NCBI GenBank assembly: GCA_965662065.1
Contig: CBFIGD010000003.1
Coordinates: 60,141 to 124,140, forward strand
Source: an uncultured Porticoccaceae bacterium
GTDB lineage: Bacteria > Pseudomonadota > Gammaproteobacteria > Pseudomonadales > Porticoccaceae
Direction of reading: 5' to 3'
DNA length: 64,000 nt
Positions 56,897 to 64,000 of this stretch are shown here, piece by piece. The position numbers were made by a program, and so were the translations under genes. Within the stretch, counting starts at the first letter, position 1, and every line of letters begins with the position of its first letter. The notes under the pieces are model-generated. The model was not told the DNA's origin and searched no databases. It saw nothing but the letters and a program-made list of their open reading frames with translations.

Positions 56897-57019
56897 ATGG
56901 TATCAGAAATGCCCGCAAGGCAGTGTGGCAAATTGTCGCAACTGGCCGTTGCCTAGCAGTGGTGGTAGAGCCGCAAAGCGGTTACCATGGCGCCAAAATA
57001 GTCTACAGAGTGTTACCCC

Positions 57020-57385
57020 ATGCATCCACTGTCTGATGATCTGCAAGAAAACCTTGATCGACTTGTTGTTGAGAGTCTCGAGAATGGCTGTATCTGGGGG
57101 TTAAAAGATAGCGAGGACAACTGGGCGCTGGTTGGCTCCACCGACAATGACAGCATAGATGTTATACCGTTCTGGTCCGCCCAGGCGTTGGCGCAATCAC
57201 TGTGCAATGGTGACTGGGATGTTTATCAGCCGGTGGCCATAGAGATGGAAGAGTTCCTCGATGACTGGCTCCCTGGCATGCATGCCGATGTGTTGATGGT
57301 TGGTATTAACTGGAATGAAGATCTTGAAGGCCAGGAGATGGAGCCACTGGATGTGCTTGAAGAGTTTGAAGCCGAACTGGACTAG
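57020..57385 (+). CDS. Small acidic protein of unknown function (DUF2750-like, tentative)
   Basis: A 121-aa non-overlapping ORF. IWGLKDSEDNWALVGS...VIPFWSAQALAQ resembles my recollection of that family. Confidence 0.55.
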   Translation: MHPLSDDLQENLDRLVVESLENGCIWGLKDSEDNWALVGSTDNDSIDVIPFWSAQALAQSLCNGDWDVYQPVAIEMEEFLDDWLPGMHADVLMVGINWNEDLEGQEMEPLDVLEEFEAELD

Positions 57386-57430
57386 TACTTAGCACAGCCG
57401 ATAAATTGCGATAATGAAGTAGAGCGAATA

Positions 57431-58132
57431 ATGTTTTTAGACCCTTTCCATAGCAGTAAGCAAAATACGATCGTCATCAGCGCCGCGCAGGCTAGCAGTT
57501 TTGCCAAGTCGGTAAGTAATGATTTTAATCCTATCCATGATGTCGATAGCAAGCGCTTTTGCGTGCCTGGAGACCTACTGTTTGCGCTGGTACTGCAGCG
57601 CTATGGGCTAAGTCAGGAGATGTCATTTAATTTCTCCGGAATGGTATCGGCGGATACGGAGCTGTTATTCCCGCAAGCCCCAGGCGCTGATTTCGAAATT
57701 CTTGATGGTCGCGGAAAATGCTATTTGCAGGTTAGCCGCAGTGGTGAGTCTATAGATAATCTGGCTGTAATTGAGCAGCTGGTGCGCAACTATGTATTTT
57801 TCTCGGGTCAGAATTTTCCCTATATTTTGCAACCCCTGATGGCACAGAAAAATGTCATGATCAATCCGCAGCGGCCACTGGCAATCTACCATGCCATGTC
57901 ATTGAAATTCGACACATTGGCGCTGGATGAGCCTGGCGTTCAACTGGCTGAGACCAGTCTCGAGGTCAATGGCAAACGCGGAGATGGTGAGTTTAACTTC
58001 CGTCTTATGAACGGTGATCAAGTTGTCGGCTCCGGGGTTAAAAAAGTTATCCTAAGCGGCCTGCGTGAATATGAGCAGGGCGCTATGGATAAAATGGTTG
58101 CTGACTACCTGCGTTGGGCGTCGCAGGCTTAA
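57431..58132 (+). CDS. Hotdog-fold (MaoC-like motif) protein of unknown function
   Basis: The motif SNDFNPIHD near the N-terminus is the hydratase-type D-x-N-P-x-H signature. 233 aa. Confidence 0.55.
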   Translation: MFLDPFHSSKQNTIVISAAQASSFAKSVSNDFNPIHDVDSKRFCVPGDLLFALVLQRYGLSQEMSFNFSGMVSADTELLFPQAPGADFEILDGRGKCYLQVSRSGESIDNLAVIEQLVRNYVFFSGQNFPYILQPLMAQKNVMINPQRPLAIYHAMSLKFDTLALDEPGVQLAETSLEVNGKRGDGEFNFRLMNGDQVVGSGVKKVILSGLREYEQGAMDKMVADYLRWASQA

Positions 58133-60951
58133 CTCGCCAAAATACCTTTCAAGAAGTGCCCAGTATGAGAGCCCACAACCTCGGCTACCTCTTCTGGCGT
58201 ACCTGCGGCGACAATCTGCCCGCCACCTGAGCCGCCCTCAGGTCCAAGATCTACCACCCAGTCTGCGGTTTTAATAACATCGAGATTATGCTCGATGACA
58301 ACCACAGTATTGCCGTGGTCACGCAGGCGATGCAGCACTGCTAAAAGCTGCTCAATATCATGGAAGTGTAAACCTGTGGTTGGTTCATCAAGAATATACA
58401 ATGTTTTACCTGTATCACGCTTGGACAGCTCTTTGGACAACTTAACCCGCTGAGCTTCACCGCCAGACAATGTGGTTGCCGACTGCCCCAGGCTGATATA
58501 CGAAAGCCCCACATCAATTAATGTTTGTAGCTTGCGCGCAATTGCAGGAATGGCGTCAAAAAACTCACGAGCATCCTCAATTGTCATCTCTAGCACCTGA
58601 TGAATATTCTTGCCTTTAAAGTGAATATCCAATGTTTCCCGGTTGTAGCGTTTGCCCCGACACACATCGCAGGGTACATAGACATCCGGTAAAAAGTGCA
58701 TCTCGACCTTGGTCACGCCATCGCCTTGACAGGCCTCACAGCGACCACCTTTAACATTAAAGCTGAAGCGTCCCGGGTTATAACCCCTTGAGCGGGCTTC
58801 CTGAGTCGCAGCAAAGATCTCTCTGACCGGGGTAAAAATGCCTGTGTAAGTGGCAGGATTAGAGCGTGGCGTTCGGCCAATAGGGCTCTGATTGATATCA
58901 ATACATTTATCCAGCAGATTGAGGCCGGTTATCTCTGTATGAGCTGCGGGCTTTAAGGTGGTAGCCTTGTTTAATGTTACCGCAGCCGCCGGGTACAGCG
59001 TTTCATTGATCAAGGTAGACTTGCCAGAACCTGACACACCAGTGATACAGGTAAACACACCGATAGGAATTTCCAGGTTGACCTGCTGCAGGTTATTGCC
59101 AGTGGCACCAATGACTTTGAGCTTCTTGCCACTGCCCTTATTGCGCTGTTGTGGAATCTTGATGCCACGTTTACCAGACAAGAACTGGCCGGTAACGGAG
59201 TTTTTATTGGCCTTGATTTGCTTGGCGGTACCCTCGGCAATCACTCTGCCGCCATGAATCCCTGCGCCTGGACCTATGTCAATAATATGGTCGGCGGCGC
59301 TAATGGCATCCTCATCATGTTCTACGACAATGACAGTGTTACCTAGATCGCGCAATCGCACCAAAGTCTTCAGTAGGCGTTCATTGTCGCGTTGATGCAG
59401 CCCAATTGAAGGTTCGTCGAGGATGTACATAACCCCAACCAGACCCGCACCGATCTGACTGGCGAGTCTGATACGCTGAGCTTCACCACCAGACAATGTG
59501 TCGGCGCTGCGATTTAATGACAGATAATTAAGACCTACATCAACCAGGAAATTAAAACGTTGGCGAATTTCTTTGATTATTTTATCGGCGATTTCGCCCT
59601 GACGGCCAGGCAGATCGAGGGCTTCAAAATAGTCGCAACAGTCACCCACCGGCATGCTGACGATATCTTCAAGACGGCGATCGTCGATAAATACATTGCG
59701 TGCAGATTTGCGCAGGCGTGTGCCCGAGCATTCGGGGCAGTTGGAGGTGGTCATGTACTTGTTGAGTTCTTCGCGTACCGAATTAGATTCGGTCTCGCGA
59801 TAGCGACGTTCCATATTGTGGATGACGCCCTCAAACTTATGCTGGCGGCGGAATACCGAGCCGCGGTCATTTACGTAGTTAAATGTGATTTCTTCATCGT
59901 CGCTGCCAAATAGTATCTTTTGCTGATGGATTGCCGAGAGTTTTTCCCAGGGCTGATCAATGTTAAAGTCGTAGTGCTCAGCGAGACTGGTGAGCATGTT
60001 GTAATAAAACAAAGTGCGTCGATCCCAGCCGCGAATAGCGCCCTCAGAGATCGACACCTCAGGGTGCTGAATCACGCGATCAATATCAAAAAACTGATGT
60101 ACGCCCAAACCATCACAGGTGGGACAGGCACCAGCCGGATTGTTAAAGGAAAATAGCCTTGGCTCTAATTCATTGAGGCTGTAATTACAGACTGGGCAGG
60201 CAAATTTTGCCGAGAAAATTTGATCGGGTTTTTTCTCATCCATATAGCTGATAGCGACCAGCCCCTCGGCTAAAGTCAGCGCAGTTTCGAAAGACTCGGC
60301 AAGCCGCAGGCCAATATCCTCTTTGACCTTAAATCGGTCAACCACAATATCAATGCTGTGTTTTTTCTTTTTATCCAGCGCGGGCGCCTCGTCGAGATCG
60401 CACACCAGGCCATCGATTCGAGCGCGAATAAAGCCCTGTCGACGCATGCTTTCAAACAGGTGCAGATGTTCGCCTTTGCGGTCCTTTACCACAGGCGCCA
60501 AGAGCATCAGTTTGGTGCCCTCAGGTAGTTCCATCACCTGATCGACCATCTGGCTCACAGTTTGTGCATTTAGAGCCTGGCCATGGTCCGGGCAGCGCGG
60601 CTCACCGGCGCGGGCAAACAGCAGGCGTAGGTAGTCATAAATTTCGGTAATCGTACCAACGGTGGAGCGCGGGTTGTGAGAGGTAGACTTCTGTTCAATC
60701 GAAATCGCGGGCGAGAGCCCTTCGACATGGTCTACATCGGGTTTTTCCATCATCGATAGAAATTGACGGGCATAGGTCGACAGTGACTCAACATAGCGTC
60801 TTTGTCCCTCGGCATACAATGTATCGAATGCCAGAGACGATTTGCCAGAACCGGAAAGCCCAGTAATAACAATCAGCTTGTCGCGAGGGATGTCGAGGTC
60901 AATGTTTTTAAGATTATGGGTGCGAGCGCCGCGTACCTGAATGGTGTCCAT
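58129..60951 (-). CDS. uvrA: Excinuclease ABC subunit A
   Basis: 940 aa. [53 protein letters not shown], two ABC ATPase modules and zinc-finger cysteines. Confidence 0.97.
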   Translation of the reverse strand: MDTIQVRGARTHNLKNIDLDIPRDKLIVITGLSGSGKSSLAFDTLYAEGQRRYVESLSTYARQFLSMMEKPDVDHVEGLSPAISIEQKSTSHNPRSTVGTITEIYDYLRLLFARAGEPRCPDHGQALNAQTVSQMVDQVMELPEGTKLMLLAPVVKDRKGEHLHLFESMRRQGFIRARIDGLVCDLDEAPALDKKKKHSIDIVVDRFKVKEDIGLRLAESFETALTLAEGLVAISYMDEKKPDQIFSAKFACPVCNYSLNELEPRLFSFNNPAGACPTCDGLGVHQFFDIDRVIQHPEVSISEGAIRGWDRRTLFYYNMLTSLAEHYDFNIDQPWEKLSAIHQQKILFGSDDEEITFNYVNDRGSVFRRQHKFEGVIHNMERRYRETESNSVREELNKYMTTSNCPECSGTRLRKSARNVFIDDRRLEDIVSMPVGDCCDYFEALDLPGRQGEIADKIIKEIRQRFNFLVDVGLNYLSLNRSADTLSGGEAQRIRLASQIGAGLVGVMYILDEPSIGLHQRDNERLLKTLVRLRDLGNTVIVVEHDEDAISAADHIIDIGPGAGIHGGRVIAEGTAKQIKANKNSVTGQFLSGKRGIKIPQQRNKGSGKKLKVIGATGNNLQQVNLEIPIGVFTCITGVSGSGKSTLINETLYPAAAVTLNKATTLKPAAHTEITGLNLLDKCIDINQSPIGRTPRSNPATYTGIFTPVREIFAATQEARSRGYNPGRFSFNVKGGRCEACQGDGVTKVEMHFLPDVYVPCDVCRGKRYNRETLDIHFKGKNIHQVLEMTIEDAREFFDAIPAIARKLQTLIDVGLSYISLGQSATTLSGGEAQRVKLSKELSKRDTGKTLYILDEPTTGLHFHDIEQLLAVLHRLRDHGNTVVVIEHNLDVIKTADWVVDLGPEGGSGGGQIVAAGTPEEVAEVVGSHTGHFLKGILAS

Positions 60952-61171
60952 GAACGTTTCTTTCTACTCTGGTTAAACGACCGATTATAGGGCGCGGGTT
61001 GCCCATTGGGCAAAGTGAATTTTTATATACTTTACAATACGGCCGTCGCCAGAGGTCAGACTGCCATGGAGGGCCTAAAAACTGCATGAAAATACTCTGG
61101 CTATAGTGGTCGGCAATCTACTGCGCTGTTACTATGTACGACCTGTAAGTTAACTCGAATTTGAAGCTACC

Positions 61172-62542
61172 TTGACTGATCTCTCAGCATCCCCTGGTTT
61201 TTCGTCGATTGAAAAGCGCGCAACCTTTTCCCTTGCGAGCCTGTATGGCTTTCGCATGCTTGGCTTATTTATGGTGCTGCCTGTACTGGCCCTGTATCAA
61301 GATAACTATGAGGGCGCGACGCCACTTCTGCTTGGGTTAACCCTGGGCATCTATGGCCTGACTCAGGCCGTTCTACAGATTCCGCTCGGACTATTGTCAG
61401 ATAAAATTGGCCGCGCGCCAGTTATTGTTGGCGGGCTGCTAATGTTTGTTTTCGGCAGTGTAGTGGCAGCCATGGCCGATACCATGCACGGGCTTATTTT
61501 GGGTCGCGCCCTACAGGGCATGGGTGCCATTGCCAGCTCCCTGATGGCGATGGTGACTGATCTCACCTCTGAAGAAAATCGCACTAAGGCTATGGCCTCT
61601 ATAGGGGCCAGTATTGGCCTATCTTTTATTGCGGCGATGATTGCTGGCCCATTGATTGCCTCGGCTATGGGCCTGTCAGGCGTATTCTGGATTACGGCAC
61701 TACTGGGTTGCATCGGTATTTTGGTGTTTTTACTGCTGGTTCCCCGAGTGGTCTCGATACAGAAGAATCGCGAAACATTCGCTGATCTTAATCAAGTCGG
61801 CTTGCTGTTAAGGCAGCCCACATTACTGCGGCTAAATGTCGGTATTTTTGCCTTGCATCTGGCTCTGATGGCGGCCTTTGTGGTGATTCCAACAATGCTG
61901 TCCAATCAGCTCGGGATTAGTAGCCATAATCTTTGGTGGGTGTATTTGGGACTTTTGGGTGGTGGTTTTGTAGCCATGTTGCCGGTCATGATTCTGGGTG
62001 AGAAGTATCAGCGCCAGAAGCTGGTCTTTGTCTCTGCTATTGGGTGCATGACGCTGGCCATGTTGATGCTGGGGCAAGAACAGAGCTTTACATTAACCCT
62101 AGCAATGCTGCTGCTCTTTTTTGCCGCCTTTAACCTGCTTGAAGCAACATTGCCCTCATGGCTGAGCAAAGCCTGCCCAGCAGGTAGTCGCGGTACAGCC
62201 ATGGGTATTTACTCTACCAGCCAGTTTATGGGTGCCTTTGTTGGCGGGACATTAGGTGGCTGGAGTCTGCAGCAGTTTGGCAGTACCGGCGTCTTTTTAT
62301 TGGTGGCGGTAGTTTTAGCTTTCTGGTGGATTTTATCCCTGAGTTTGAAATCACCGCGGACATTACAGACACTGGTCCTCCAAGTGGGTGAGATGGAGCA
62401 CAGGGATTTTGTAAAAATAATTTCAAATGTTGTCGGCGTAGAAGATATACTCGTGGTCAAAGGTGAGTCGCTTGCCTATGCCAAGGTCGATAAAAAGATC
62501 CTCGATATGCCAAGCATCAAACCTTACCTAAATCGTAATTAA
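61172..62542 (+). CDS. MFS transporter (YajR-like, with extra C-terminal soluble domain)
   Basis: 12 TM helices plus a ~70-aa C-terminal domain. The position between uvrA and ssb matches Pseudomonas-type genomes. TTG start. Confidence 0.8.
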   Translation: MTDLSASPGFSSIEKRATFSLASLYGFRMLGLFMVLPVLALYQDNYEGATPLLLGLTLGIYGLTQAVLQIPLGLLSDKIGRAPVIVGGLLMFVFGSVVAAMADTMHGLILGRALQGMGAIASSLMAMVTDLTSEENRTKAMASIGASIGLSFIAAMIAGPLIASAMGLSGVFWITALLGCIGILVFLLLVPRVVSIQKNRETFADLNQVGLLLRQPTLLRLNVGIFALHLALMAAFVVIPTMLSNQLGISSHNLWWVYLGLLGGGFVAMLPVMILGEKYQRQKLVFVSAIGCMTLAMLMLGQEQSFTLTLAMLLLFFAAFNLLEATLPSWLSKACPAGSRGTAMGIYSTSQFMGAFVGGTLGGWSLQQFGSTGVFLLVAVVLAFWWILSLSLKSPRTLQTLVLQVGEMEHRDFVKIISNVVGVEDILVVKGESLAYAKVDKKILDMPSIKPYLNRN

Positions 62543-62566
62543 ATCAGCATAGAACAGGGGAAAAAA

Positions 62567-63082
62567 ATGGCACGCGGAGTCAATAAAGTAATCATCGTGG
62601 GTAACTGTGGTCAGGATCCGGAAACTCGCTTTATGCCATCAGGTGGCGCTGTTACTAATCTGAGTATCGCTACGTCTGAATCATGGAAAGACAAAAACAC
62701 CGGTGATCAGCAGGAGCGCACTGAATGGCACCGAGTGGTATTTTTTAATCGTCTGGCAGAGATTGCTGGCGAATATGTAAAAAAAGGGTCCAAATTGTAT
62801 GTTGAGGGTTCTTTGCGCACGCGCAAGTGGCAGGGTCAGGACGGTCAAGACCGTTACACCACAGAAATTGTTGCCAGCGAAATGCAGATGCTCGATAGCC
62901 GCGGTGGCCAGCAGGGCGGCGGTGATTACCAGCAGTCATCCAATCAGCAGTTTAGCCAGCAGAATGCTCCGCAGCAAAATGCCCCACAGCAGCAAGCCTC
63001 TAGTGCGCCCCAGCAGGGTCAGAGCGCACCTCAGCAAGCGCCGCAGGGAATGGATAGCTTTGATGACGATATCCCGTTCTAG
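62567..63082 (+). CDS. ssb: Single-stranded DNA-binding protein
   Basis: [40 protein letters not shown] (OB fold), a Gln/Pro-rich linker and the acidic tip DDDIPF. Confidence 0.95.
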   Translation: MARGVNKVIIVGNCGQDPETRFMPSGGAVTNLSIATSESWKDKNTGDQQERTEWHRVVFFNRLAEIAGEYVKKGSKLYVEGSLRTRKWQGQDGQDRYTTEIVASEMQMLDSRGGQQGGGDYQQSSNQQFSQQNAPQQNAPQQQASSAPQQGQSAPQQAPQGMDSFDDDIPF

Positions 63083-63130
63083 AACTACAGGTATTGATCA
63101 CTATTACAATAATTAAATGATGAGGTTGTT

Positions 63131-63607
63131 ATGACAATTCAAGTTGGCGATAAAATTCCTGAGGGGATGTTGACAATAATGGGTACTGAGGGTCCTACAG
63201 GCATCAGTACAGCAGATATTTTTAATGGGAAAAAAGTGGTTTTGTTTGCTGTTCCCGGCGCATTTACACCTACCTGCTCTATGGCGCACCTGCCGGGCTT
63301 TGTTGTGCATGTTGACGAGATCAAGGCCAAGGGCGTAGATACAGTTGCCTGTATGTCGGTTAATGATGTGTTTGTTATGGATGCCTGGGGCAAATCTGCC
63401 AATGCAGAGCATCTGATGATGCTGGCCGATGGCAATGCTACCTTTACTGAGGCTCTGGGCCTGGTACTGGATGGTTCAGGTTTTGGTATGGGTACACGCA
63501 GTTTGCGTTTTGCCATGATCGTCGATGATGGTGTTGTGAGTCTGCTGAACGTTGATGCAGCGACTCTCGATGGTTCTAGTGCCGAGGCTATTTTAGCAGC
63601 GCTTTAA
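63131..63607 (+). CDS. Peroxiredoxin, Prx5 subfamily
   Basis: Peroxidatic Cys motif PGAFTPTCS, 158 aa. Confidence 0.9.
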   Translation: MTIQVGDKIPEGMLTIMGTEGPTGISTADIFNGKKVVLFAVPGAFTPTCSMAHLPGFVVHVDEIKAKGVDTVACMSVNDVFVMDAWGKSANAEHLMMLADGNATFTEALGLVLDGSGFGMGTRSLRFAMIVDDGVVSLLNVDAATLDGSSAEAILAAL

Positions 63608-63631
63608 TGATCAGTAATAAAAACAAGTGAT

Positions 63632-63659
63632 AAAAAGGCGGCCACTGGCCGCCTTTTTT
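63632..63659. terminator. Bidirectional rho-independent terminator between the peroxiredoxin gene and fabB
   Basis: AAAAAGGCGGCC-ACT-GGCCGCCTTTTTT. The perfect GC-rich stem is flanked by an A run and a T run. Confidence 0.7.
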
Positions 63660-63686
63660 GTGTGACTGCACCTAGTCAATGAAATG

Positions 63687-64000
63687 CTAGTCAGCGAAGC
63701 GTTCCATCACCAATGTCGCATTGGTGCCGCCAAAGCCAAAGCTGTTAGACATAATGCGATTAAGTTGCTTCTCTTTGGTTTGCAAAAGAATCGGCAGACC
63801 CTGCGCATGCTCATCCAGAGTATCAATATTGGCTGATGCAGCAACAAAGTTACTCTCCATCATCAACATGCAGTAAATGGCTTCATGAACACCTGCAGCG
63901 CCCAAGCTGTGGCCAGACAGAGATTTGGTCGAACTAATATCCGGGCAGTTTTCAGCAAAGGTATTGCGAATTGCCCCAAGCTCAGCAATATCACCTACTG
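63687..64000 (-). CDS. fabB: Beta-ketoacyl-ACP synthase I, C-terminal part (gene continues beyond window end)
   Basis: The frame is open to the window edge. The C-terminus ...[19 protein letters not shown]...[20 protein letters not shown] parallels E. coli FabB ...[20 protein letters not shown]. Confidence 0.85.
   Translation of the reverse strand, partial: VGDIAELGAIRNTFAENCPDISSTKSLSGHSLGAAGVHEAIYCMLMMESNFVAASANIDTLDEHAQGLPILLQTKEKQLNRIMSNSFGFGGTNATLVMERFAD

Noticed and set aside
62940-63010. Short tandem repeat CAGCAGAATGCTCCG/CAGCAAAATGCCCCA ([10 protein letters not shown]) inside ssb.
   Set aside because: This is the normal low-complexity Gln/Pro-rich linker of SSB proteins, not an independent repeat element.

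Overview
This looks like a chromosomal segment of a marine-type gammaproteobacterium, judged from gene content and synteny only. I saw no transposase, integrase, phage gene, CRISPR array or rRNA.

The first ~40 kb is an accessory-looking block for uptake and catabolism of zwitterionic osmolytes:
- Two TonB-dependent receptors.
- An APC permease / amidinohydrolase-fold / Rieske oxygenase operon.
- A receptor-adjacent module with two sulfotransferases and an AspH-like hydroxylase.
- A tightly coupled operon (DpkA-like Ldh_2 reductase, aldehyde dehydrogenase, M19 dipeptidase homologue, BCCT carrier) that ends in two proteins (590 aa and 243 aa) I cannot assign to any family.
- A complete DddD-type DMSP cleavage cluster: dddD divergent from dddT-dddB-dddC, an IclR gene and a LysR gene.
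- A Met/His-rich outer-membrane barrel.
- purU-soxBDAG (heterotetrameric sarcosine oxidase).

The last ~24 kb is conserved housekeeping: a lytic transglycosylase lipoprotein, a BVMO, an amidohydrolase, ilvIHC, a tyrosine phosphatase, pssA, leuA, holD-like/rimI, nfeD/SPFH, a RegB/RegA-like two-component system, uvrA divergent from MFS-ssb, a Prx5 peroxiredoxin and the 3' end of fabB. A tRNA-Val/tRNA-Asp pair sits at 6.06-6.23 kb.

The best candidate for an undescribed system is the 16.4-24.1 kb operon, especially its two unassignable terminal genes, which sit directly beside the DMSP cluster. The second-best candidates are the TBDR / TPR-sulfotransferase / sulfotransferase / hydroxylase module and the APC / amidinohydrolase / Rieske operon.

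All family calls come from reading motifs in the supplied translations and from gene order. No database search was run.
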